Notes under the pieces: generated by a model
The model's input: only the letters and a program-made list of their open reading frames with translations
Database searches by the model: none
Told to the model about the DNA's origin: nothing
Program-made: the position numbers and the translations under genes
Assembly (NCBI GenBank): GCA_013239625.1
Contig: MU053684.1
Span: forward strand, 114,611-140,494
Direction of reading: 5' to 3'
Source of the DNA: Lama guanicoe
Lineage: Eukaryota
DNA: 25,884 bases
In this document: positions 10,366-22,261 of the stretch, piece by piece
How positions within the stretch are numbered: position 1 is the stretch's first letter
Layout of the letters: each line of letters opens with the position of its first letter

Positions 10366-10670
10366 CAGCAAAGTTCCCCAACGTTTAGTTCCCCAGACCA
10401 CCAATAATGCATAGAATGATTTCAGGTGGTACACAGGTAAATATTTTAATATAAAACTTAATATTTATTATTACATGAATTAGAAAAAAAGGTGTATACA
10501 GTCCATCAAGCCCATGATTTTGAAGAAATTATAGATTAGGATGAGACTAAGTAAAATGATGAGTCAATTTAAAGAAAAATACTGAATAAAAAATAGTACA
10601 GTTTGTATGTACTTAGATACGGCAACAATTATGACAAGTGGTGGGATATGAATGAAATTGGCAAACACTG
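10366..10670. mobile_element. Old hAT-Charlie MITE (MER112/MER113-like)
   Basis: Degenerate terminal inverted repeats cagcaaagttccccaac ... ttggcaaacactg; internal atgatttcaggtggtacacag. Confidence 0.5.
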
Positions 10671-10699
10671 AGGGTAATAGAAGAAAATAAGGTTGAAAT

Positions 10700-11080
10700 T
10701 AAAAACCAGGGTTCTGGAGGGACTTGGACTTTTATTTCATTTATTTGATAGGCAACAGAAATATAAGCTGGGATGTCTTTCAGGAAGAGTAATTTGGTGG
10801 TTTAGACATGAGAAAGGATGAGAGATCAGTAGAAGACTATTGTAGTGATACAGCCATAAAAAGACAAGAGACTAAATTAATTTGGAGGTGATGAGAATAA
10901 AATGAAAAAAACAGATGTGAAAATTATCTTGAAAGAGAAATGAACTTACTTTGACAACTAACTGAATGTATATGACATGGAGAACCTCAAAGATGATCCC
11001 AAGGTTTTGACAAAGCTGGGTAACTGATAAGATGAAGGCACCAATCATAGAAGGAGGGAAATTCAGTGGGAAAAAGGTAA
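10700..11080 (-). mobile_element. L2 LINE remnant
   Basis: ttggacttttatt, gaagactattgtagtgatacag, tcaaagatgatcccaaggttttg...ctgggtaactg are typical antisense L2 phrases. Confidence 0.7.
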
Positions 11081-11269
11081 GTTATTTGTTAACTGTTGGG
11101 ACATAATAAATAATGGCTTCACACTATTGCACTATAGTAATTATGATACTATATATAATTGAGAGACTTTTTATAATAACCATTATAACATAACACCAAA
11201 GTAGAGTTCATTTTTTTAATTATATGAGATCCAAGCTTATATTTCCAACTGCATACTTTACTCCTCCAT

Positions 11270-11530
11270 TTTGATTGATTCACTGACCAAACATGTATCA
11301 AGTGCCTGTTACATGCCAGGCATTGCCCTGAGTGCTGAAAATGAACTGGTAGGCACAATTAAATACAGCCCATGCTCTCATGGAACTTATTCCAAAGGCA
11401 AAGACATTAATCCAATAATAAACATGTAAAACTGCAATTATAACAACAATTATTCTTAAAATGACCTGTAATAGGAAGATTTCTACCTAGTCAACCAGGT
11501 CAGGGAAGGCTTAATATTAAGAAAGTACTG
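11270..11530 (-). mobile_element. L2 3' end
   Basis: attcactgaccaaacatgtatcaagtgcctgttacatgccaggcattgccctgagtgctg...catgctctcatggaactta. Confidence 0.78.
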
Positions 11531-11534
11531 CTTG

Positions 11535-11890
11535 ACAGAGAAAGACATATAAGATATCACTATATGTGGAATCTAAAATATGATACAAATGAACTTATTT
11601 ACAAAACAGAAACAGACTCACGGATATAGAAAACAAACTTACAGTTACCGGTGTAAAGGAGAGAGAGGGATAAATTAAGAGTTTGTGATAAACATATATA
11701 AACGACTAAATATAAATAGATAAACAATAAGGTCCTAGTATATAGCACAGGGAACTATATTCAATACCTTATAATGGCCTGTGGTGAAAAAGAATATGAA
11801 AAGGAATATATAGAGATGTATAAATGAATCACTACACTGTGCACTAGAATTTAACACATTGTAAATCAACTCTACTTCAATTAAAAAAAA
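11535..11890 (+). mobile_element. Cetartiodactyl L1 3' UTR fragment
   Basis: atgtggaatctaaaatatgatacaaatgaacttatttacaaaacagaaacagactcac...tatagcacagggaactatattcaat...ttgtaaatcaactctacttcaattaaaaaaaa. Confidence 0.88.
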
Positions 11891-12133
11891 TTTAAGAGAC
11901 TTAAAAAAGGGGTTAAATTCTCAAAAGAGTAATTCCTAAATCAAAGGTTATCTGGTACAGCAGCTATGGGGACTGGGGGTAGAACCCCTACTTTGCAATG
12001 ACAAGGCAGTGTTTTCCTCCCAACTAGAGAATGTGGGGCAAGAAAGATGATGGATAAAAGGGAAAGGAGATGGGGATATTCTGAATCTCTGTATGAAATC
12101 CTTCTGAGTGGTACATCTAAGAAACTGACCAGA

Positions 12134-12222
12134 CTATACACCAAAAACTAGCACAACATTGTAAATCAACTATATTTCCATTTAAAATTTTTAATTTTTA
12201 GTGTAGAAAACCTAAAAAAAAA
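12134..12222 (+). mobile_element. Very short L1 3' tip with a 12-bp TSD
   Basis: cacaacattgtaaatcaactatat and an A-tail, flanked by aaactgaccaga at 12122-12133 and 12223-12234. Confidence 0.75.
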
Positions 12223-12439
12223 AAACTGACCAGAAATGACACCTTAAGGGATCTGAGAACTGAGCATTGATCTGGAATACTACCAGGTTTCAAACTGGCC
12301 TCTGAATAAAACACAACTGGGGCAGGCCAGAAAAGCATTGCAAAGGCCTTAAAAACCATTAATATTTGACCACAGCCCACAAAAGTAGGTCAGTATGTGT
12401 ATTCCAAACTTAAGCAAGTTGACTGCCTGCTAAAACGAA

Positions 12440-15345
12440 GAGTTAAATAGAAGCAAGAGTCTCATAGTATAATATCCAAAATGTCCAACATATAATCAAA
12501 AAATCAGTTGTCATTACCAAGACCCTCAAAAATCACACCTCAGTAAGAAAATGCAAACAATGGCAACACCAAGATGGCACAGGTGTTAGAATTATCTCAC
12601 CAGGACTTTGCAGCAGCTATCATAAAAATGTTCCAACAAGCAATTGTGATCACCTTTGTAACAAATTTAAAAATAGAACATCTCAGTAAAGAAACAGAAA
12701 ATGTAAGGAAGAAGCAAATAGGAATTTTATAATTAAAAAATAAAATAACCAAAATGAAAAATTACTGGAGGGGGTTACCAATAATAGAACTGAGGTCACA
12801 GAAGAAAGAATCTGCAAACCTAAGGATAAATCAATTGAAATTACCCAATCCAAACTGAGAAAAAAAAATTAACAGATCACCACAGACACCTGTGGGAAAT
12901 AACAAACTAACTAACATTCTTGTCATCAGAATCTCAAAAAAAGAGGACAAAGAGTGCTAGAAAAAAATTGAAGAAATTACTGAAGGCTTTCCAAATTTAG
13001 TGAAAGACATAAACATGCAATTCAAGAAACTAAGTCAACCTTTCTTTAATACAATAAACTCTAAGAAATCCATGCTCAGTCATATCATACTCAAATTTAT
13101 GAACACTAAAGACAAAGAAAAAATACTGAAAACATTCAGAGAAAAAAAAAAGCATTACCTACAGAACAACTACTTGAATGACAGTGGACTTCCTATCAAA
13201 AACCATGAAGCTGGAAGAAAGTGGCATAACAGTTTTCAAGTGCTGAAAGACAAGAACTGTCAACTCAGAAGTTTATATCCAGAGAAAATGTCCCAAAGAA
13301 CTATAAAAACATTTCTAGAACTATTAAGGGAGTTTAGCAAGTCTACAAAATACAAATCAATCATATTTCTATAAACTAGCAAAAAATAGGAAACCAAAAT
13401 TAAAGCACAATACCATTTACAACCACTGCAAAGAAAACTAACACTTAGGTATAAATCAAACAAAATATATATAGAATCTGAATGCTAAAAACTACAAAAT
13501 GCTGATGAAAGATATAAAGATAGATCTAGTTAGAAATACATGCAGTGTTAGTTAACTGGAAGACTCAACAAAGTAAGGATATCATGTCTCCCCAAATTGA
13601 TCTATGGTTTAGCATAATTTGTATCAAACGCTTTCTTTTGTATATACAGACAAGCTGGTCCTAAAATTTACATGGAACAGCAAAGGAACAAGAATAACTA
13701 AAACAGTATTGAAAAATCATAATAAAATAGGTGGAATCACACAAACCAATGTTAAGATTTACGATATAACTACAGTGTCAAGACACTATAGTACCAGAAG
13801 AGGAATAGAACCTGTATCAACGGAACATGATAGCACAGAAAAAGAACCCAACTCATACTCCCAGCTGATTTTTCACAAAGGTGCAAAAGCAATTCAAAGG
13901 CAATTTTGGTATCCTTTGAAAATGGCATTTTTAATAAATGATGTGGCTGAAACAACTGGACTTCCACCAAACAAGAATAAAATTAATCTCAACCTCAATA
14001 TCACACTTTATTTTAAAAAAAATAAGCCAAAGTTGATCATAAATTTAAATCTAAAAACTGTAAAAATTATAAATGAAAATATAGGAGAAAAATATTGTGA
14101 TTAGATGTAACATGAAAAACACAATCTATAAAACAAAAATTAGATAAATTGGACTCTATCAAAATTTAAAACTTTGATTTTCAAAATTCCCTGTCAAGAG
14201 GATGAAAATACAAGCAATAGGCTGGGAGAAAACATCTGCAAAACACATATTCAACAAATGGCTTGTCTTCGGAATATGTCAAGAACTCTCTAAATTCAAC
14301 GTTAAGAAAACAAACAATCCCTTTAGAAAATGGGCAAAAGACCTGAACTGACACTTCACCAAAGAGGAGACAGATGAAAAGATTTAACAACATCAGACAT
14401 TAAAGACATGCAAATTTAAATATATGAGGTGGCACTAAAGATCTACCAGCTGGCTAAAATTTAAAAGTACTGATAACAACAGCAAGTGTTAAAACGATTA
14501 GAGCAACTTACTCTTACAGATTGCTAGGAGAATGTAAAATGATACAGCAAGTCTGGAAAACAGTTTGTCAGTTTTTTACAAAGTGAAACATACAGTGACC
14601 ATACAATCTAGCTACCATCATACTCCTGGATATTTATCCTGGAGAAATAAAACATGACCACACAGAAAAACTACAGGAACATTCATAGTAGCTTCGTTTG
14701 TAATAGCCTCAAGCTGGAAACAATCCAAATGTCCTTCAGTGGGCAAATAGATAACAAAATGCGGCATATCCATACAATGAAATACCATAAGCCATCAAAA
14801 AGGAACAAATTACTGATCCACACAATAACTTGGATGGACCTCCAGGGTGATTCGCTGTTTGAACCTCAAGTGATTACATATGTATGATTCTATTTATAAC
14901 ACTCTTAAAATGACATACTTATAGTGATGGAGAACAAGTCAGTGGTTGTCTAGGGTTAAGGCTGGGGGAAGGTCTAACTAAAAACATAGCATGAGGGAGA
15001 TTCTTTGTGGCGATAAAACTATTTTGTATTCTGACAGCAGTAGCAATTTCATAAACCTACATATGAGATAAAACTTCATAGTACTATAGACACCAAAAAA
15101 AGTATATAAAAACTGATGAGATCTGAATAAGGTCTGTAGTTTACTTAATAACACTACCTATGTCAGTTTCCTGGTTTTGAAAAATGTATGATCATGTAAA
15201 ATGGGGAAAGATGGGTGAAAGATACTTTGTGTCGGCGGAAGCTCTGGGGGAGGGGGTGGGTTGTTTGCTGGCTTCTTTGTTTTGGTTACACTATTTTTGC
15301 CACCACTTGTAAGTCTTAAATTAATTCAAAATAAAAAGGTTTATA
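12440..15345 (+). mobile_element. Old internally deleted L1 (L1MC/L1MD-like): ORF1 remnant, ORF2 remnant and 3' UTR
   Basis: ORF-track peptides show ORF1 motifs (HIILKFMNTKDKEKILK, LYPEK) and ORF2 motifs (DKLVLKFTWNSKGTRITKTVLK, YSQLIFHKGAKAIQ); 3' end tgtaagtcttaaattaattcaaaataaaaagg. The 5' limit may extend to ~11950. Confidence 0.85.
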
Positions 15346-15429
15346 GAAAGAAGGGAGGGAGGAAGAGTCCTACAGCTGCTGTTCTGGGAAAAAGTACAAG
15401 TCAAAAAGAACTGCATTTGTTCAGGTTTA

Positions 15430-15790
15430 GTCAGACTGCGAGCCACCACTGTAAGAGGTGGAAGCGGTGGAGAAGGAACTTACCGCTGTGGAAGAGGCGA
15501 GCGAAGTCTCTCTTCTGAAGCTGACCCTTCAGAGAATTCCTCTCAAAGCCAAACCTCCTTGCCGTGGTGGGTCTAACGGGGAAGATCCAGAAGGCACTCT
15601 CATAGCCTCGAGGTGGAGACCCGGAGCAGAGCAGGCGCGCGCCCGGCACAGGACCCGAGTCTCAGGCTGAGGCAGCTCGGGGAAGCGCTGCCTGCGGCTG
15701 GCGCTCCGGGTGCTACGCGCCCCTCGCCGGGCTCCCGCCCACCGCGCGCCGACCTGGCGTCTTCCCCGCCCCACCTCCACCGCGAACCTT
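15430..15790. promoter_or_regulatory. Small CpG island / GC-box promoter candidate
   Basis: Dense CpG in an otherwise CpG-depleted window; GC boxes cccgccc (~15734) and ccccgcccc (~15764). Confidence 0.7.
15484..15780 (-). ncRNA. Candidate first exon of an antisense non-coding transcript (5' end approximate)
   Basis: Minus-strand GCG|GTAAGT donor (acttac at 15478-15483) at the island edge; the minus-strand ATG at 15603 opens only 24 codons. Confidence 0.35.
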
Positions 15791-16860
15791 ATTCCTCTGT
15801 CTTTGACTTTCACCCCCTTCCTCACGACACTTTTCCCAGCTTCCCCCATTTCCCTCACCGCCTTGTCTCCTCAGTTTCCCTCATTATCTTCTCCCCTCAA
15901 AGTGTCCCGTCACAGACGTTTCTCCTCACACTTTTCTCTCAGGTCCCTGCTCCCCTCACAGGTTCCTGCTCCCCTCACAGGTTCCTCCTCACCACTTTCT
16001 ATCTTCACCTTTTCCTCTCAGTTTATCCTTTCACCTCTGTCTCCCCTGACAGTTTCTCCCTCACCACCTCTCTCCTCACAGAGTCCCTCTCACAGCCTTC
16101 TCCCCGCACATTTTCCCCCTCACTCTCTTCTCTCAGTTTCTGCCTCACGGCCAATTACCCCCTCTCCGCCTTCTACCCTCACACGTTTTCCCTCGGTGCC
16201 TTCTGTCCTCACAACTTTCCTTCAAGCCTCTTTTCCCCACAGTTTCCTATTTCTCTCTCTGTTTCTACCGCGCTGTGTTCTCCCCTCACAGTTTCTCACA
16301 GCTTCCTGTCAGTTTCCGCTCACAGCCTTCTCTCCCACCAAATTCCTGCTCAATGCCTTCTCCCTCAGTTTCCTCCTCCCTGCCTTCCCTCCTAGTTTCC
16401 CTGTATCACCTTATTTCCTCACACTTTCCGCTTTAGACCCTCTTCCCTCACAATGTCCCTCACCACCTTCTGTCTTCAGTTTTCCCCTCACTGCCTTGTC
16501 CTCGCAGTCTCCCTATCACTGTCTTTTCTCCTCACTGTTTCCTTCCCAATGCGTTCTCCCTCAGTTTCCTTTCACAGCCTTCTCCCCTCGGTTTTCCCCT
16601 CATCTTCACTCACAACAATTTGACCTTACAACCTCCTCTCTGCAATATCCCCCTCCCTGCTTTCTCCTCAGTGTCCCCCTCACTGCCTTTTCCCCTTTAG
16701 GTTTCCTCTCCCTGCTTTCTCTCCTTACACTTTCAAGCCCTCTCATTCCTCACAGTTTCTCCCTCACTGCCTTTTCGCCTCCCAGCTTCCCCTTACCACT
16801 TTATTTTCTCATATTTTCCCCTCACAACCCTCCTTCTTCACTGTTTCCCCTCATCCTCTG
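15790..16860. repeat. Degenerate pyrimidine-rich tandem repeat (core ttctcccctcacag / cctcag)
   Basis: Recurrent cctcac/cctcag separated by C/T tracts; exact 19-bp tandem cctgctcccctcacaggtt at 15946 and 15965. Confidence 0.85.
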
Positions 16861-16879
16861 TCTAATGCACAGACACCTA

Positions 16880-17360
16880 CACAGAGACTCAAGGAAAATA
16901 AAGAATCAGGCAAAGATGTTCCAAAGGTGCAAAATAAATCTTTAGAAAGTGGCCCTAATAAAACGAAGCTATGTAATTTACCTGACAGAGAATTCAAAAT
17001 CACTGATGTATATTTTCCTTAACAGCCATCCTGCTGTTTGTAATAAAGGCAGGACTTAAATCATATATGGGCATTATTTTGGAAATATTCTGCAAACCCT
17101 TACACAGCGCTCCCTTTGAATATAATATGTGTTTAATAAATAGCCTCCATTCACCCAAACACAAACAAAACAGGTGACTAAAAGCTCACCGAGGTCAAGA
17201 GAACAATGCATGAGTAAAGTGAGAATTTCAACCTAGAGGTAGAAATATTTCAAAATACTAAACTGAACTAACAAGCTGGAGAACACAATAATCAAACTGG
17301 AAACTTCATTAGAAGGGTTCAACAGACTAGATCAAGCAGAAAAAAACATCAACAGAGTGA
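16880..17360 (+). mobile_element. L1 ORF1 5' fragment interrupted by an insert at ~17008-17172
   Basis: atttacctgacagagaattcaaaat...ctcaccgaggtcaagagaacaatgcatgag...gagaatttcaac...gggttcaacagactagatcaagcagaa. Confidence 0.75.
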
Positions 17361-17363
17361 AAC

Positions 17364-17389
17364 CTCTGCCTGAGCTATATCCTCCACCC
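17364..17389 (-). mobile_element. Vic-1 head fragment at a deletion junction
   Basis: ctctgcctgagctatatcctccaccc resembles the A-box end of the other SINE copies. Confidence 0.4.
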
Positions 17390-17479
17390 ATGGCTTAGGC
17401 CCATTAATACAGCTTGACAGCCAGCATTGCACAAGTTTTGACTCATTAATTGATGTAGCCTAAGCTGCAAAATAAGTGC

Positions 17480-17740
17480 ACTCCTTTTCCTGAACTCCAT
17501 GTCTCAGCACCACATCCCCTTGCAGAGTAACTGGGAAGTATTCCAGATTCCGTTTTCAGGGCCACGTGCATTCCACCAGTACCGAGGCCTGTTAGTTCTG
17601 TCTCCTATCCACAAGCCCTCCATTCTACCCTTGCCTGAGAACAGGATTCCTAGACTTTTCATCTGAATGACTTAGTCTCCTGTGGGTCTGCCTATATCTT
17701 CATTCTCCACACAGTAGAGTAACCTAAAAACTGAAACTCT
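17480..17740 (+). mobile_element. L2 remnant
   Basis: tcatctgaatgacttagtctcctgtgggtctgcct...cattctccacacagtagagtaacctaaaaactgaaa. Confidence 0.5.
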
Positions 17741-17749
17741 TTTTCTATA

Positions 17750-19290
17750 AGTTTGTTCGTTTTTGTTTGTTTGTTTTTGAAGTCATAATTGAGCTGCAAC
17801 ACTATGTTAGTTCCTGGTGCACAACATAGTGATTGGATACGTCTACACATTTCAAAATGATCACCACAATGAGTCTAGTTACCACCTGTCACCAAACAAA
17901 AATATTACGTTATTTTTGACTATATTCTCCACACTGTATATTTCATACCTATCACTCATTTATTTTGTAACTGAAAGTTAGTACCTCTTCATCTCTCTCA
18001 TCTGTTTATCTCCTCCCCTCCTCCACTCTAGCTATCATCTATTTGTCCTCTGTAACTCGTGCTGTGTTTCTGTTTTATGTTCATTCATGTTTTTTAGGAT
18101 CCCACATATAAGTGAAATCATTCGGTAGTATGTGTCTTTCTCTGTCTGACTTAGCATTACACCCTCTAGGTCTATCCATGTTGTCATAAATACATAAATT
18201 CTCCTTTACAGCTAAGTAATATTCCATTTTATATATTATATATATATCAAATCTTCTTTATCAATTTGTCTATCAGTGAACACTTAGGTTGCTTCCATAT
18301 CTTGCCTATGGTAAATAATGCTGCAGTGAACATACAGGTGCATGTATGTTTTTGAATTAGTGTTTTTGTTTTCTTTGGATACATACCCAGGATTGGAAGT
18401 GCTAGATCATATGGAAGTTTTATTTTGAATTTTTCAAGGAAATTTCATATCATTTTCTATAATAGATGCACCAATTTACATTCCCAACAACAGTGTACAG
18501 GGGTTCATTTTTTCCATATCCTTGCTTATATTCATTATTTGTTATACTTTTGATAATAGCCATTCTACAGATGTGAGGTGATATCTCATTGTGGTTTTCC
18601 TTTGCATTTCCCTCATGATTAGTGATTTTGAGTATCTTTTCATGTGTTTCTGGGCCATCTTTTGTCTTCTTTGGGAAAATACCTATTAAAGTCTTCTGCC
18701 CAATATTTAGTTGGGCTGTTTATTTTTTTGATGTTAGGTTGTATGACTTTGTATATTTGAAGATTAACTCCTTATCAGGTATATAATTTGCAATTATCTT
18801 CTCTCTTTCAGTAAGTGGTCTTCTCATTTTGTTGATGGCTTTTTTCACTGTACAACAGCTTTTTAGTTTCATATACTCCCGTTTGTTATTTCTGCTTTTG
18901 TTTTCCTTGCCTGAGGAGACATATCAAATAAAAATTACCAAGATCAGGGTCAAAGAGCATACTGCCTATCTTTTCTTCTAGGAGTTTTATGGTTTGGGGT
19001 ATTAAATTTAAGTCCTTAATCCACTTTGAGCTTAGTTTTTAATATGGTGTGAGAAAGTAGTCCAGTTTGATTCTTTTGCATGTAGCTGTCCAGTTTTCCC
19101 AACACCATGTACTGAAGAGGCTGTCTTTTCCCATTGTATATTTTGCCTCCCTTGTTGTAGATTAGTTGACCATATAAGTTTCGGTTCATTTCTGGGCTCT
19201 CTTTTCCATTCCATTGATCTATAAGTCTGTTTTTGTGCCAGTACTATACTGTTTTGATTACTGAAGCTTTTGGAGTATAGATTAGAGAGT
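17750..19290 (-). mobile_element. 5'-truncated L1 (ORF2 C-terminus and 3' UTR; UTR related to 5285-5510)
   Basis: cactatgttagttcctggtgcacaacatagtgatt; gtgaggtgatatctcattgtggtttt; frameshifted ORF2 seen as 19032..19451. Confidence 0.9.
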
Positions 19291-19329
19291 GACATCCAGA
19301 TTTGTTCTATGTTCTCAAGATTGTAGCTG

Positions 19330-19505
19330 TTCGGGATGAGGATGATTCCCAGGTTTCTGGCATAGACACCTGGGTTGCTAGTAAGGACATGAATTAAGAG
19401 AGAACTGAGGGGAAAAAAGTAGTATTCTGCAATCAGGAGAGGGAGTAACATGTTATGTTTTGAACAACCTAGGTGTTAATTACTTGTGGTATGAGAAAGT
19501 GATTT
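19330..19505 (-). mobile_element. L2 remnant, split by the younger L1 and resuming at ~22370-22660
   Basis: aggatgattcccaggtttctggc...gttttgaaca; continuation aagtcacaagtatgtgggtgagagttga. Confidence 0.55.
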
Positions 19506-19507
19506 TA

Positions 19508-22261
19508 TTTTTGTTTGTTTGTTTGGATTGGTTTGGTTTGGGGTTTTTTTAACATTTTTTATTGAGTTATACTCATTTTACAATGTTGTGTCAAATTCCA
19601 GTGTAGAGCGCAATTTTTCAGTTATACATGAACATATATTATATATATATATATATATATATTATTCATTGTCACATTTTTTCCTCTGTAAGCTACCACA
19701 AGATGTTGTATATATTTCCCTGTGCTATACAGTGTAATCTTGTTAATCTGTTCAATATTTTGAAATCCCAGTCTGTCCCTTCCCACACCCTAACCCCCTT
19801 GGCAACCACAAGTTTGTATTCTATGTCTATGAGTCTGTTTCTGTTTTGTATTTATGTTTTGTTTTGTTTTGTTTTTGATTCAACATATGAGAGATCTCAT
19901 ATGGTACTTTTCTTTCTCTTTCTGGCTTACTTCACTTAGAATGACATTCTCCAGGAACATCCATGTTGCTCCAAATGGCATTATGTTGTCGGTTTTTATG
20001 GCTGATAGTATTCCATTCTATAAATATACTACCGCTTCTTTATCCACTCATCTGTTGATGGACATTTAGGCTGTTTCCATGTCTTGGCTATTGGAAATAG
20101 TGCTGCTATGAACACTGGGGTGCAGGTGTCATTTTGAAGTAGGGTACCTTCTGAATATGTGCCCAGGAGCGGGATTCCTGGGTCATATGCTAAGTCTATT
20201 CCTAGTCTTTTGAGGAATCTCCATACTGTTTTCCACAGTGGCTGCACCAAACTGCATTCCCACCAGTAGTGTAGGAGGGTTCCCTTTTCTCCACAGCCTC
20301 TCCAGCATTTGTTATTTGTGGATTTTTGAATGATGGCCATTCTGACTGGTGTGAGGTGATACTTCATTGTAGTTTTGATTTGCATTTCTCTGATAATAAG
20401 TGATATTGAACATTTTTTCATTTGCCTATTGATCATTTGTATGTCTTCCTTGGAGAATTGCTTGTTTAGGTCTTTTACCCATTTCTGGATAGGGTTGTTT
20501 GTTTCTTTCTTGTTAAGTCGTATGAGCTACTTATATATTCTGGATATCAAGCCATTGTGGATTTCATCTGCAAAAATATTCTCCCATTCCGTAGGTTGTC
20601 GTTTTGTTTTACTTATGATTTCCTTTGCTGTGCAGAAGCTTGTAAGTTTCATTAGGTCCCATTTGTTTATTCTTGCTTTTATTTCTATTGCTTGGGTAAT
20701 TTGCAAAAATATTCTCCCATTCCGTAGGTTGTCATTTTGTTTACTTATGCTTTCCTTTGCTGTGCAGAAGCTTGTAAGTTTCATTAGGTCCCATTTGTTT
20801 ATTCTTGCTTTTATTTCTATTGCTTGGGTAGACTGCCCTAGGAGAACATTTTTGAGATGTATGTCAGATAATGTTTTGCCTGTATTTTCTTCTAGGAGGT
20901 TTATTGTATCTTGTCTTATGTTTAAGTCTTTGATCCATTTTGAGTTTATTTTCGTGTATGGTGTAAGGGAGTGTTCTAGCTTCGTTGATTTACATGCTGC
21001 TGTCCAGTTTTCCCAACACCATTTGCTAAAGAGACTGTCTTTCTTTCATTGTATATTCTTGCCTCCTTTGTTGAAGATGAGTTTCTAGCTTCGTTGATTT
21101 ACATGCTGCTGTCCAGTTTTCCCAACACCATTTGCTAAAGAGACTGTCTTTCTTTCATTGTATATTCTTGCCTCCTTTGTTGAAGATGAGTTGACCAAAA
21201 GATTGTGGGTTCATTTCTGGGCTATTTTGTTTCATTGGTCCATATGTCTGTTTTTGTACTGATACCATGCTGTCTTGATGACTGTAGCTCTACAGTATTG
21301 TCTGAAGTCTGGGAGAGTTATTCCTCCTGACTCTTTCTTTTTCTTCAGTAATGCTCTGACAATTCTAGGTCTTTTCTGGTTCCATATAAATTTTATTATG
21401 ATTTTTTTCTAGTTCTGTGAAACATGTCCTGGGTAAATTGATAGGGACTGCATTAAATCTGTAGATTGCCTTGGGCAGTGTGACCATTTTAACAATATTG
21501 ATTCTTCCAATCCAAGAGCATGGGATATCTTTCCATTTTTTTAAAGTCTTCTTTAATTTCCTTCATCAATGGTTTATACTTTTCTGTGTATAATTCTTTC
21601 ACCTCCTTGGTTAGATTTATTCCCAGATATTTTATTGCTTGGGGTGCTATTTTAAAGTGGATTGTTTCTTTACTTTCTTTTTCTGTTGATTCATCGTTAG
21701 TGTATAGAAATGCAACTGCTTTTTGAACATTTATCTTGTAACCTGCTACCTTGCTGAATTCTTTGATTAGTTCTAGTATTTTTTGTGTGGACCTTTTAGG
21801 GTTTTATATATATAGTATCATGTCATCTGCACATAGTGACACTTTTACCTCTCCTTTTCCAATTTGGATCCCTTTTATTTCTCTCTCTTGCCTGGTTGCT
21901 GTGGCTAGGACTTCTAAGACTATGTTGAATAGGAGTGGTGAGAGTGGGTAGCCTTGTCTTACCCCATATTTCAGTGGGAAGCTTCTGAGTTTTTCACCAT
22001 TGAGTACTATGCTGGCTGTAGATTTGTCATATATAGCTTTTATTATGTTGAGATATCTTCCCTCTATAACCACTTTGGTGAGAGTTTTTATGATAAATGG
22101 ATGTTGAATTTTATCAAAAGCCTTTTCTGCATCTATTGAGATGATCATGTGACTTTTGTCCTTTCTCTTGTTGATGGGATGTATTACATTGATTGATTTG
22201 CATATGTTGAACCACCCTTGTGTCCCTGGGATGAACCCCACTTGACTATGATGTATAATCT
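19508..22261 (-). mobile_element. Younger camelid-type L1, 5'-truncated within the RT domain
   Basis: ORF2 RT motifs [63 protein letters not shown]-terminal [18 protein letters not shown]; degenerate TSD gagaa(a)gtgat(t/g)tta at ~19493 and ~22263. Confidence 0.95.

Noticed and set aside
15613..16945. ORFs of 260 and 411 aa
   Set aside because: They have non-ATG starts and low-complexity S/P/L/F content; they are open only because the C/T-rich repeat rarely forms stops.
19628..22139. Plus-strand ORFs (103, 71, 237, 68, 66, 61 aa)
   Set aside because: They are antisense readings of L1 ORF2 and its 3' UTR.
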